From Azolla caroliniana (Eukaryota; Plantae; Polypodiophyta): a stretch of DNA of 64,000 bases. Location of the stretch: NCBI GenBank assembly GCA_043228905.1, contig JBHGNT010000017.1:18662001-18726000 (forward strand), given 5' to 3'. The translations under genes and the position numbers were made by a program. Below the pieces are notes generated by a model, which worked only from the letters and a program-made list of their open reading frames with translations, did not search any database and was not told the origin of the DNA. This document shows, one piece after another, positions 25,345 to 41,452 of this stretch; the first letter of the stretch is position 1, and every line of letters starts with the position of its first letter.

Positions 25345-28058
25345 ATGTTAGAAGATGAATTGGAGGATATGTCATGGTCGTCCAACACATCATTTGTATC
25401 TGAGGACGAATTGGAGATGCCAAATGAGTCATCAGATTGTGATCATGAGGATGAGGTGGTGGATCCCTTCATGTATTGTTCCCCCTAGGTATCTTTCATT
25501 CTCAAGAGGTACGTATGATTTGATGGTTAAAGATTTATTGGGACAAGTTAAGGTAACATTAGAAGCATTACGTGATGTCGCAAGGGGTGCACCTCTCAAT
25601 CTCCATGCATGAAGGCGCATAAAGAGTCGTCTCATACTCAGAAATGAGGGTGCAATCTACCGTAAGGCATCACCTAATCTTCAAGTAATATACGTCGAGA
25701 AATGGAGGGAGGTAGTGTTAACGTCACATGGTAACGCATCCCATCACACATTTTCAAAGACTCTTAAAGAGTTAAAGCAGGGTTACGCGACTGATGTACA
25801 TGATTATGGCATTGCACCAGAGTACGTAAAAGCACTCATTAGAAGTTGTGGTTGCCGAAGGATATCGAAGGTCAACCCAAACAACATGTTGGGAGTGAGC
25901 ATGGACAAATATAAGAACACCCTACCCATAGAAGTGATCAAGGTAGAAAACCACCAGTTAGATGATGCACTCATAGATTTGCAAACCAAGTTTTACACAC
26001 GCTTAAGGAAAGGAGTCAACGTGGGTATGTGTGTGACTAGGTATAGTTGTCATCGTGCTTAGACATCTCGACTTATGTCTAATTCCACTCAAAGACATAG
26101 GTGCACACCCCGGTGTGGGTGTACATTCCATGTGGACGTTAGAATGAATGACGGGGTTGACAACGAGACACTGACCATTTCAATATATGGACCTCACATT
26201 GTGGTCATGTACTAGGTAGTAAGTCGGATGTGTACCATTTGCCAACACACCCCAATGTCATAAGTTGTTGCAAAGGTTACCTATTTGATGTTGGGTATGC
26301 AAGGCATGTGGCACGAATGAGCATGCGTAAGGAAGCATATCATACGTCCAAGGTTAGTCCATTAGAGCTTGTTAGCTATAGGTTCTTTATGATACCAAAG
26401 GAGGTCCATAACATGGAAAATAGGTTAAAAATCGAGAGTGCCATGTCAGAGGTTGATTGGTCTTTGATGATGCAAGATGCTTATGCACTCCAAGATCTTG
26501 GGAAAGTGGCTCATGTTCAACCCTACCTGCTTGGTGAACCAGGATCTCCCGCCAGACAACCATTTATCTTGATACTTCAAGATCAATGGATGTTGGAAAT
26601 GTGTGAGCGGTTGACCCTAAATAACTCTTGGGCAACCAACTGGACATTTCAAACAAACCATTTCGGGCTACCATTATATGCAGTTGTTTCCCCCAACGCC
26701 ATGGGAATTGGGATGCCCTTATGGTACATGCTTTGTAGTTATGATAAGGGGTCAAACCATGAGCAAGTCGCATTAGAAACTTGCTTGAGAGTCATATTCG
26801 CAAGGATGCCCACGGTGAGGCCAAATGCGAGAGTGATTGATAAATGTTGGGCATCATATAATGCCATAGCTAATGTGGTTGCAACAGACCGTCAATCTTG
26901 GATTATTGTAAATGGGTAACGGTTGCAAACACATTGTTGACTTTTGTTGTGTTAGTTTCACGCCAAAAAATCATGGGTGGACAACTTGTTGCCAAAAGTA
27001 AGTGCAACTCAATGATGGTGTTTGGCAATATATAGGAGGATGGTGTGGTTTGACATGTGTGTGGAGGAAACTCTGGCCCAAGTTTGGTAGCATGTTCAAC
27101 TACGGACATGTTGACACTACCAATATTGTGGAAAGACATTGGCAGTTTATCAAGTATACTACCTTGAGAGGAAGAATAAACAAATAAATACTGACCTTGT
27201 CCATGTCTTAATCGGGGATACTGAAACTGGCACTTGCATTGGAGGAATGATCATAGAGTGGTACAACCAACGTCAAGAAATATGTGAGAGTGGCCGATTT
27301 GCACCATGTGCAATTTTGTTGGGATCAAAGGTCCAGACTTAAAGAGGCCAAGAGAATATTGGCAAGGCATGTCAACGATATTTCCACAATGCATATTGTG
27401 GACAAGGCTCGATATTTTAGAATCTTGAGCATAATGACTCCCACTCTATGGTATAACGTCTCACTCCAATGCACATATTGTGATTGCCAAGAACTTGCGA
27501 GTAAATGTAAGCACATGCCACATTTATGTGGCTCGTTGCCTTTTATAGATCACGCGACCCAAATGTGAATGGACCATAATACAAAAATAGAAGTGGAGAC
27601 AAAGGTACAAACCCACAACATCAGAGATGGAATCATTGAAGTCCAAATCCAAACGGTCGAGGAAGCACTTCAATTGCTCAAGCAAGGGTTAGGAACCTTC
27701 GACCGTGCAACTATTTTGGAATGTATACAAACATTGGAAGATATGATTGAGAAGGTGTATTGCGTTGGTGCACCAAAATCACCCAATGAAGAAGATGGCA
27801 TATCAATAAGTTGCAACCAACAAATTGGTGCCAAAAGAAGCGCAACAATAGACATCTCGCAAGAACTTATTGGCAACTCCCCAAACACTTCCAAATCCCA
27901 CCCGGAAAACTACAAAGAGGTGCAAGTCGGGCTGGCGATTGCCAATATGTGACCATGAGAAGGTTCGGTGTTTGTGTTGCGATGGCTTGACCTTGACTTC
28001 AAGGGACTCGATTGTTACACGTTGTAAAAATTGTGGTTGCATTTTGCCGTCATCTTGA
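25345..28058 (+). pseudogene. Mutator-like (MULE) transposase relic with SWIM finger
   Basis: YSCHRA..RCGCTFHV..H (FAR1/WRKY-like DNA-binding domain), TFQTNHFGLPLY..GIGMPL (first catalytic D now N), VIDK, C*FHAKK (CxxH), TTNIVERHW (E), CDC..CKH (SWIM). Many stops and frameshifts. Confidence 0.85.
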
Positions 28059-28267
28059 CATGAGCTATAATCTTAATATGTAATGTGTATTCATATTTCA
28101 TTTTAGGGTTTTTGGCTTGGATTATTCCCATTGTCGACATTTGACGTTTTAATCTTTTATAGAAGACTTATTATTTGAAACTTTAAGGTGATTTGTTATT
28201 TAGAGCTTGGACATAGAAGTTTGTGTGATTTTTAAGTTTTAAGTTTTAGGTTTTGAGCAATTGGAAG

Positions 28268-28519
28268 CATAGTATGGAGCATACATACCATTAGTGCATT
28301 CACATTCGCGAACATTCTTATCATTTGAGTATGAAAAACACCCTCGAAGTATGGTAAATACTAAATACCATGCTTTTGCACTCATTATTTATTATAAGGT
28401 AATTTTTTTTAGGGTAAGAAAGTTAAGGTAAAAAGTGTAAAAAAAACACAAGAATGTTTTAATAACATACACATTCGTTTGAATGTTTGGGCTAACGAAC
28501 GCGAATATTGCGTACTATG
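28268..28519. mobile_element. hAT-type MITE
   Basis: TIR CATAGTA...TACTATG, perfect 8-bp TSD ATTGGAAG. A diverged copy lies at 35951-36211. Confidence 0.9.
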
Positions 28520-28619
28520 ATTGGAAGTTTAGGTTTTTTTTGAGTAATTTTATGCATCATTTTCATGGCAAATATTTGTTGTACACTTACAGTTTTTTGG
28601 AGTTTTTGATGTTTGTTTC

Positions 28620-28912
28620 TAAGTCGGGCTCCTGCCCTAGGTTATTCGGGCTCCTAGTAACAGAGCTTGTCAGACAATGGGGCTCCTGGTAACAGAGGCT
28701 GCTAGATAGTAGGGTTCCTTTTAATAGAGTCGGGCTCCTGGTTACAGAGACTGTCAGACAACAGGGCTCCTTTTGACAGAGTCGGGCTCCTGGTAACAGA
28801 GGCTGCCAGACAATAGGGCTCCTTTTGACAGAGTCAGGCTCCTGGTTACAGAAACTGTCAAACAACGGGGCTCCTTGTGACAGAGTTGGGCTCCTGATGA
28901 CAGACGTTGTCA
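28620..28912. repeat. GGGCTCCT-based tandem repeats (~51-bp higher-order unit), probable subterminal repeats of the MULE
   Basis: About 11 copies of GGGCTCCT(GGTAACAGAG / TTTGACAGAG) downstream of the transposase. Confidence 0.8.
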
Positions 28913-29228
28913 GCGTTTTATCCACATCGGACGGTGGAGATCGCATGCCCCATCAGGTAGCAACCTGCAACCGTCCGCGCCGCGATTCCCGCAGGCACTT
29001 GCCCTCTTTAATTTTTGGTAAGTAGTTAAAGACACGAGCGTGTATGTATGTATGTGTGTGTCCGACATCTGTGTGTATGTTTGTATGTTATGTTATGTAT
29101 GTTAAGAGCTTCTGTATGTAGTTAGTTAATCAGAACATGATGATGATGATGATGATGATGACAGTATTCAGAAAGAGAAAAGTGAGGAATTTTGTAGAAG
29201 AGATCCAAGTGAGATATCTAGCACAACC

Positions 29229-32200
29229 ATGCGAGCTGGCTTCAGCACTCATCATCACCAACACAGGCGATGGTGGCCTTACCTCTATCTCTGTCTCGCA
29301 GCTATGGCAGTTCTCTATGCCATCTCAGCTAGCTTCTATTCCTTCTTCACAATCCCTTCTTCTTCTACCCCTGCCAGGGAAGAAGAGGAACCCAAATGCC
29401 CTCATCCCTCTTCCAAGCTTCCAAAGGGAGAAAGATACATGCTTTATGCTCCTCACAGTGGATTTAGCAACCAAGTGGGTGAACTAAAGAATGCTCTTCT
29501 CGTCTCGGCTTTGCTTGATCGAACCCTCGTGTTGCCCCCTGTTTTCGATCATCATGCTGTTGCCCTCGGAAGCTGTCCAAAATTTAGAGTCAATGATGCA
29601 TCAGAGATGCGATCCATGGCTTGGAATCACATTTCGGAGCTCATCCGTGATGGCAGGTGCGCTTCTATCTTTTTAAACGCTTTCTTTTGGTTGATTGGGT
29701 ACCCCCTCTTTCTGCATTCTTATCACATCTTGCTATGTAGATGGTGGATGTGTCTATGGCCTAGCTATTTTTTGTGGCATTCTTTCTTAATCGGGACACT
29801 CTCGCATTGTGATTATAGTAAATTGAAGGCACATTGCCTCGAAATCTCTCTAATCTCTTGCTCTCACCCCATGTTCACATGATCCACATGTTGAGATTAT
29901 GCTCTAGGCTTCACTAAATAGCTGGACCCAAGTCACAAAGTGTACTTAGTCATCTAGTTCTCAGGTGACTCTCACACTATGCCTGCACAAACTGATGCCC
30001 AACTTTAAATGTCCCATGCCTGGGGTAAGGATTCTGTTACCTCATCATCTTGTTCCTAGTCTCCATCTTCTTGTAGTCTGTTACTTGTGATGAAGATCAC
30101 CATCTGAGGTGGGCATGGGATGTGCAAGATGGTAACGTTGCTGCCTGGTCAGGTATGTAGTATAAATGGAAGGTATATGCATACTGTGTGGGAAGCTATT
30201 CATGATTCTCACTTCTCACAAAGGACGGAGAGGAAGGATGTGAAAGGGCATCCCTAAGCCAATCGAACATCGGAACGTCATTGAAAAACTTGTTACACAG
30301 GAGATTCCATGATACAATATATGGCTGTTTTCTGCGAGAAATAGGTCACCGTCTATTTTCATTGTTGATTTTTGCAATTTCTTAACAATTTGTTCTTCCC
30401 TTGACCTTTTTGGCAGGTTTTTAATCCATTTTTGTCTCCTTAAAAAATTATATATATAAAAATTATAAGCGTACAATTATTTACAAATTCATAGATCCAA
30501 CTCCATCATAATCTCCGCGTTAACTTCTCCTGCTATGTTTTAGCATTCTTTTTATTGTCCTCGTTTTCATTGGACATTTTTTACCACATCACCTTTCTCT
30601 AGTATGATATGTTAGAATATGTGCATCTTCTTAATTGCATTTCATACTTTACTACTAGATGACACTGCTTGACATTCTTGTTTACACCAGACAACCTTAC
30701 CCAACTAAGCTTCATCTGTGTGGTCTACTCTACCTCTACCTGTTTATTTCCCGAGTGCCCTCGTCGTAACATCTATTCATGCTTATGTTACCATCCCTCA
30801 CATAATAGTAGAGGTAATTTCACTTTTCTCTTCTCAATGACTGCTTTCATTGAGTCGGTGCTTCAAATGAGCAAAAGAGATGTAGGTTGGTTTTATCAGC
30901 CCCCCAACCTGAAGACTGGCATTTTTGTGTTGTTGCTGGAATTGTTCCATTGATGAGCAGTGATAACATAAATTTGATCAAAGCTCATCCAAGTGTGCCT
31001 CACGAAGTTTGATGGCATATTTTGATGGATAGAGGCATTAATATGTGAACTTTCCAAATTTTGCAAGTGGATCATTTTCTAGGTTCATTACATCCGGGTG
31101 TCAAGGATGAGGCTGAAGGTGAGGAACTTATGATCTACCAGGAAGCTCAGGATTATTCCTATGATGATGTTGAGAAAGGGATGAGAGGCCTCTAGAGAGC
31201 AGAAGACAAAATTCCTATTTTTCAGAGGAGAAGAGATTAAAGAATAATCTATCAAGAAGACAGAGGATCTATGGTTGACATTCTCAGTCAGTTCTTTACT
31301 GCTTGGAGAGATATGAGACGATTGGGACACTAGTCAAGCAAATTGTTATCAAAGTGTCGATGCATCATGAATACGATGGTAAAGCAATTTTTGATGTGGC
31401 TTTTGGCTGGAAATGAGCTGCTCGTTCTTCTGTGTTTTTTGTGATTTAGGACTTTTAAGCATGATATGTCTTACTAAAATAACAGAGCTGTAAACTGTTT
31501 TCTTTGCAAGTGTCTAGGTACACAAGGTAACTTAGATATTTATATGCAAGGAAAGTTATTGATGGGTAGAGATCCTTGAAATCAGCCAAAACAACTATGT
31601 AGTCTGGGCAAGTATGGGCAAATCTAAATTTTATTATGAATGTACCATGCATGCAGGTATGTTGCTATTGCTGATATCATTGATCTCTCTAAAGTGCGAC
31701 CTCTCTTTAAAACAATAGATCTCCGTATCTTCTCTTCTCTTTGGTGTGGAGTTGATATATTGTCAGCTTGTTCAGGGCCTGTGTGCCGAAGGATGGTAGC
31801 GTATGGTTCAAGTTTGGGAACACTGGAAAGTTGTGGATCTTTACTCTCGAAACCAGGAAAATCTCATGGAGGTTGTGTATATCCTGTTGATGATGATTGT
31901 AGAACAACTGTATGGGTGCATGGAATAGACATGTCAAATAAATCTCAACAAAGTGGAACATTGCAATGGACCAATTCCGCATTTTCAAATAATGAAAGCT
32001 TAAATGGCAAGAAAAAAAAGAAAACGTACCAAAGAGTCTTCAAAAATATTGTAGATGCTCTTGGCGATGGTTCAGAAGCAGCAAAATATCCAGTGCTGTC
32101 CTTCGGAAGTTTGTTCTCGTCTGAGTATAAAGGTACTCAGCTCCATCTTGACATCCAATCAAGTCAAGATCCAAAAATCCGAACTCTAGTTGAAGCAACA

Positions 32201-32761
32201 GCATTTCTTCCGTTTACCCCTCCTATTGTGAATACAGGCAAGTGGTATTCAAAGGAGAAAATTCGGAGGCCTTTTTTCTGTGCCCAACTGAGGTTGCTTG
32301 ATGGTCAGTTCAAGAATCATTGGAGTAAAACGTTCTCAAGCCTAGAATCTCAACTAAAGTTTGCGCAGGAACAGCGAGGTTCATCTGAAGTGTTACCTTT
32401 ATTTGTTATGACTGATTTAGCACGCTCCAATTGGACAAATACTTATTTGGGTGAATTGGATATGCAAAGGTCGGCTTATGAAGTGCATGTTCTTGAAGAA
32501 GGAAATGCTCTCATTCAGAAGGCTGCAAAGGAACTGGCTAGGCATGATTATGGAATTCGATCTGGGTTTCTTCCAGATGATGAAAGCACCATAATAGAAG
32601 ATCAGAAACATTCCACTGTAAGAGCTTCTGCTCCCGATATCTTGCTTTATATCGAGGAGGTCATATGTAGCTGTGCCACACTTGGTTTTTCAGGTACATC
32701 AGGCTCCACACTCTCCGAAAACATTTTGTTGCTACGGGAAGCAAATACCTGCAATGGATAG
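29229..32761 (+). CDS. O-fucosyltransferase family protein (OFUT30-like), 2 exons, ~510 aa
   Basis: Exons 29229-29656 and 31657-32761 join in frame (AG|G = Arg). N-terminal transmembrane anchor, YAPHSGFSNQ..LKNA...RTLVLPP..DHHAVALGSCPKFR, CAQLRLLDGQFKNHW, MTDL and GTSGSTL. Confidence 0.9.
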
Positions 32762-35149
32762 ATTTCCATAGAAACCCATTGGGAAGAAGAATCTCACAAG
32801 GAAAAGTATCACATAATCCTTGTAAACAGAGTAATGCAGATTAGATTACTCTGTTTAATGATCATTGTTTGAAAGGTTGTTTAAGGCTCTGGATTAGAAG
32901 TGCTGAAAATATACTTAAGATGTTGCCTTTGTCTGGTCTTTCATGTCCTCCCAAATTTGTTGATATTGCATCAATTGAACACCCCTCACAATGTAATAAC
33001 CACTCACTTCTCGTTGTGTAAAGTGTGGGTTAAATTTCATAAGCTTATCATAGATTATGCCTGTCCATCGTGCCATCATTTAAACAGCCCATTAGGATAA
33101 ATTGTGTTTATTTTTTCTGGAAAATGTTAGAACTCTTGGAAAATATATTTTTCAGAGGTAATTGGAAGCCATTGACGACTCGTAATGCCTCCAAATGAAT
33201 GAATCTTTGACATTGTCAATCTCTGAGGACTCCTAGTGCCACTGAATGAAGCATTCAGAATCAGGAGTCTGACAACATCAGTCAGAACTAATTTTCGTCT
33301 TCTGTACTCTTAATCATTTAATGGAAATCAAGTCATCTACCATGCCTTTTTGTCTTTTGAGAATCCTCGACTTTGTGGTTGCAACCATGATAGAACAAAT
33401 GTCCTCTAGTGGAGAGCCGTTACGAGGAACTCCTCTTGCATCAAGCCATTCCAATGGAAATGTATTTGGTTCAAGTGAGACCAATATTGTGGGTTCCATG
33501 AGAGAGTGCGTATTCTCTAGTGGAGGTACTTTACATTGAGCTTCTCTTATGTTGAATCATTGTGAGGGATGTAGTAAGGGGCAAATAGATAAATGATTTG
33601 AGTAGTGTTCAATGCATAGCCTGCTTTGGCCTTCACGAGAAAATGAGCAATCTCTAGTGAAGAGCCTTTGTGATGACATCTCCTTGTGTCAAGCATGAGA
33701 TAGCAATTTCGCGAGCTTACCTCATGTTGAGCCTTTGTAGTGTGAGTAAACTAACAACTAGTTTGTAGATTAAGCACTGAAATTTGGAAGTTTACAGAAA
33801 TTTATGGATAGATTTGTTTGTCTAAAAGGAAGGCGATGCTTATAAAGATCCACAATTACAAATACGAGGGTAGTCATGACTTAGACATATTAATGGCATA
33901 TGCTAGGATTGAACATCAATAAGGTCACGTGTAACATGATATCCTCACTCCCCACAAGAAGCATACCTCTCCCCCTCCAAAGAGAGATAAAGACAAATAC
34001 CAAGGCAAAGACGGGGGGAGCACTTGTAATCCCCAAAAGAGAAGCACAAAAATGTGGCTTAAGCCTTATTTTGTCATGGTTTAGATGTTGTTCTCTCTTT
34101 TCTGAAGTTTACAAACCTATTTTTATCGTGTATAGTGCTTTGATCTCTTATTTCGGTGCGTTTGTTTTACTTATGGCTTCACAAAAGTGAAATTTGCCAT
34201 TTATTGGCCACCTGAGACTTGTACATCGATTTCTCTTCAAAAAATATTTGCTTGACTAATTGAACTAAAACTTGTTATTGCTATGATTATTTTCTTCTCA
34301 CATTGATTAAGCTTCTCATTAGAGAGAGAACTTCTATTTACGTGTTCATTGTTGACAGTCAATTCTTCTTTTCTCTTGTAGTCTTCCTCTTTTCTTCACA
34401 GTCAATGACAATCGACTTCTTCCATGTTAAATTTATCTAGTCACACTAAGATTACAATTATCAACAATTTCAACACATATGAGCTAATTCTTCCACTAAT
34501 GGATTGTGACACACAAGAAACAAAGAGGCAATATTTATGAATAGCCCTCACTTTGATACCATGTAAAAATTTAGAAAACTATCATGCAACATAGAAGATG
34601 TCTCTGAGTGAGTAAGAGAAAGAGCCTAGATGGTGGTAACTTAGTTGGTAAGGTTGTCTCATGGAGACTAGAAGGTCATGCATTCAACCCCTACATTCCA
34701 TAATGGGATCTAGTAAAATAAGAAAATATATATGAAGTAATATAGAGGGTTCATTCCAATGGCATTTAGTAAATTAAGAAAACATATATGAAGTACATAA
34801 TACAAAGGGGAAAGTTGGGCTTTGAACCCAAGAATCAGGGTTAACCACTAGAGTAACTATTATGCAACTAAATGTAGAATTTGATAGCATGTTAAGCAAG
34901 ATGAGGGGATGACTACAATGATAATAACACTACTAATCAAAAGGTAATCTATGATGTAATAAACTATAAGCAACACTTTATGCAAGAGGGAGGACTTGGT
35001 TTACATAGGATTGTTATGCAACTAAGTATAGAATTTGGAAGCATATTAATCAAGATGAGGGAATGACTACAATGATGATGATATTGATTTCTCCTCCAAT
35101 ATATATGCTCACAAATCCATAGCAAACCTCTTTCCCTACTTCCAAGCGC

Positions 35150-35560
35150 TAACTAGCACCCTCATTCCATGATCCATCTATAACTAGAGGGAACCTCAGG
35201 CCCTAGGTTTTTAAAACTTCTATAGTTTTAAGTGGCTTAGTATTGTACCCAATGCATGATATATCATTATTTTGATTCTCACACGGATTACCTTTGTTTA
35301 GAGACAATGACACTCAATTTACTATGCATTCAAATGTTTTCCAATGCACTCATAAGTTTTTGCACGTCTTCTAAAGTATTTGCTAAAAATACCACATCAT
35401 TTTCTTATATTAAAACCATGATAGTTACATTCCAAGGGTAAACACTTCAATGTCTTCTTATTTTACAAAGTTGTCAACAAATTATTCCAACTCATCAATG
35501 CATAAACCAAAGAGAGTTGATAGGGGTGGGCATCCTTGCTAACACTAATAACAATAGTGA
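35150..35560 (-). mobile_element. Highly decayed non-LTR (LINE) reverse transcriptase remnant
   Basis: Minus strand reads QGCPPLSTLFGLCIDELE (QGCPLSP motif) at ~35540-35485, then a degenerate YADD-like VLI*ENDVVFLA. Boundaries approximate. Confidence 0.6.
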
Positions 35561-35950
35561 AATAAACTGGAAATATATTTCCCATGCATAAGCCACAAGT
35601 TACAACCCACCATACCAAAAACCTTTTTGAAACGTATAGAAATTGGAAGTTCGGTGAATAGCATTCAAAGCAAAGATAATATTGGATGTTAGGTGATAGA
35701 ATGATTTGATTGTTTGGATTGTCAATGCTATCTTCATGTAAGTGGCATGATAACATCATGTATGATCATGGAAGTCTTGATTGAGATTAACTATTCGAAA
35801 TTTCCTCTGCACTTTTGAATAAGTCATGATATCAACAACATATACTAGGTAAAAGCTTTAAACCTAATATTTAAAATAAATGCACAAAATAACAACAAAA
35901 ATATTTCCTGTCATTAAAAACAATTTATTATTTAATGTTATGTATGGGAG

Positions 35951-36211
35951 CATAGTATGAACCATATGTACCATACGTGCATTTGCAGTCGTGTATGTTG
36001 CAATCATTCAAGTATGGTAAACACCCTTGAAGTATGGTAAATGCCATACTTTTGTGATCAATATTTATTATAGGGTAAAATTTCTTTTAAGGTAAGAAAG
36101 TTAAGGTAAAAAAATTTTAAAAACATAAATATGGTTTCATAACATACACATTTGTTTGCATGCGTATGAAAAAGAATGTTTGCAATTGCATTCGCGAAGT
36201 TACTTACTATG
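35951..36211. mobile_element. hAT-type MITE, same family as 28268-28519
   Basis: CATAGTA...TACTATG termini, degenerate TSD TATGGGAG / TATGGAG, shared core GGTAAGAAAGTTAAGGTAAAAA and TAACATACACATT. Confidence 0.85.
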
Positions 36212-37667
36212 TATGGAGTATTGATGAAGTAACAAAAATCAGTACACTACACAAAACAAACATTAGAACAATTGTTTGGTATTGCGTACATGTATGACTT
36301 CAAACCTTTAGTTTCTCCACAATCCCATATCATATATGATTGTTCCCGTATATGTAAACATGAATGACACATCTTACTGATAGATAGATAAATCACTTTC
36401 AAGAGGACTAAATCGCCTACATACTTCAATATTTGTCTTACAATATAAACAAAACAACAAATGTTGCAATGATGGGTTCCAATGTGATGGGAGCATCATT
36501 GCTTGGAACTTGGGGCGTATTTCACTTGTTTGCAAAAGCTCTCCATATTTTCATCATATCTAAGTTTTCATTATGTTATCCAAGCAAGTGCATATTGATA
36601 TTTTATCCTTAAGATATGGTTTTACAACTTCACTTCTACAAACCTTGAGCTGAAAACTATAGGATTAACTATTATGCAATGCTAACTAGTAAAGTGATAT
36701 ATGCTTGGCAAGCAACTATTCTTTTTATGTCCATTGTTTGTGGATCATTCCATGGTTGAGGATGGCAAAATGCCTCAAAATCCCTAATTTGAGATGGGAA
36801 TCTAGTTTGTTTATCATATTCTTTAGATATATATTGATTGTTCAAAAAGGTCGTTGCATGTTTCCTTTAAACATAAACTAGATGCTTAGCTTTTGGGTGT
36901 ATTCATTTTTATTGGACATATTAAAATGTTTATTGCGGATGTGTGACATGGATGAAAGATGTAGGCCTTCAAGCCTCTTTGTCTTGTTGATGCCGCAAAT
37001 GTGAAGCTAGTTTTTGAAAGTTTGAGAATATGCATCCAAGGGCCTTTTTGGCTTCTATCTAGAAAAATGTGTGAGCTAGATTTGGCAAGCAAATAATGAG
37101 GGATGGTAAAGGTTGAAATTTGGGGCAAAAAAGTTGAAGAAACTTGAAATTTGTCAAAACGTTTTTGGTAATGTGTCATGATTGAGTTAATGAATTTTTT
37201 CATAACAAATATAATGGTCCATCGATACTATAATTTAGCCATTAAATGTTCTTGAATATATATCCATCTATATATTTATATACATATATGAAGTGGAGTT
37301 GTCATGCACTAACTCGAAAAGGAACAAAACTTAACACGCTTAATGCTAGTACCAAATTAACCAAGTGCCGGTGGTGGAGGTTTTAAAGACCATCATTGTC
37401 ATGAAAAGTTACATGTATGGATTAGGGTTTCCTTAAAAACAAAACAAAAAATGTCATTGTTATTTTGTCGTATTAGTAAAATTAGAGATGATGGTGAACC
37501 ATATTGACTTGAGGATGGGCTCTTGCTTCCAATATTGGTTGGTAGTGTTTGACCATAACATGTGAACATGTTATAAAAAGGAAGGAGTTCATGTGAGACA
37601 AATACCAACACTCACTTTGAGTAATATAGATCCTAGGTTAAAATCCATCGTTACTCTATATTGGTAG

Positions 37668-40463
<2,796 letters not shown>

Positions 40464-41452
40464 TACTCGTTAACAATCATATACTTTATTTGCATAAATA
40501 TGTCAACAATAAAACTTGGACACTTTCATTAGAACTACTTTTTGGCATATAAGGGGATTAAAGAGAAGTGTAATAAGAGCTACAAATGTAATTTAATGCT
40601 TCAACTTCATTGTAAGTATTCGACTTTTAAAGGGCAAACCTATTTTATAGAAGAACTATCAAGGTTGATGTTGCACTTGTTATTTTATAGAAGAACTATT
40701 GATGTTGATGTTGCAAAAATTAGTTTGAGTAGAAAAGTGTAAATATGCATGAACTCAAATGAAAAGTATGCAATAACGAACAAAACCAAAACCCAATGCT
40801 CAAGACATAATCCACAAACTTGAATTTTGGAACAACAAGATCAACCCGTACACCATTGTCCTTATATATTTTAATTTTGATGCAATGACCTCATGATCTA
40901 TGCATAATAATTTGTGGCAATGTAACAAAATATGTAATATGACATACAAAGGAAACTTGAAACAATGACAATGTGCTTCAACATGTGATGTGTTGTTATC
41001 CTTATAAACTTTGAACCAAATCCACTATTGAATGCTCGATTAGATATGAATTCCATTTTGTATGAATGTATGAGAAGTGCATTTCAAGATGCAAATAAAA
41101 CAACAATAAAACTATAAAGTCTTCAAATTTTAGTTGTATTACGAGCATAATTGTAATCGTAGTGGTGGGCTAGGAATGAAGGGTGAGGATTGAATTATTT
41201 CAATCTTATGATGATAGATAATTTTAGAGAGTTTCATCACTTTCACCTCTTTTTATATAAAAAAAGAAACCAAGTATAAAACATTCAAGGGCCTAGGATT
41301 CGGGCATATATAAGAAGGCTAATTATCTTTGTGGGCGGGAGCTCTTTTCTTTATTGTTTTAGATAGAGACTCTAATTGTGTACCTTCATAATTGTTGCCT
41401 CCTTCTCCTTCAAACCCAAGGTATGGTCCATGTTCGTACTTGGTGGTATGGG

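Noticed and set aside
29657-31656. Intron of exactly 2000 bp
   Set aside because: Coincidence; canonical GT-AG ends and natural-looking sequence.
33180-33560. Short ORFs downstream of the O-fucosyltransferase
   Set aside because: No recognisable motif or splice structure.
34551-34580. PBS complement CTTTGATACCA followed by TGTAA
   Set aside because: Possibly an old LTR remnant, but no LTR end, TSD or coding motif could be traced.
34632-34700. tRNA-like sequence (TAACTTAGTTGG...CATTCAACCC)
   Set aside because: A- and B-box-like motifs are degenerate and no cloverleaf can be closed; at best a decayed SINE head.
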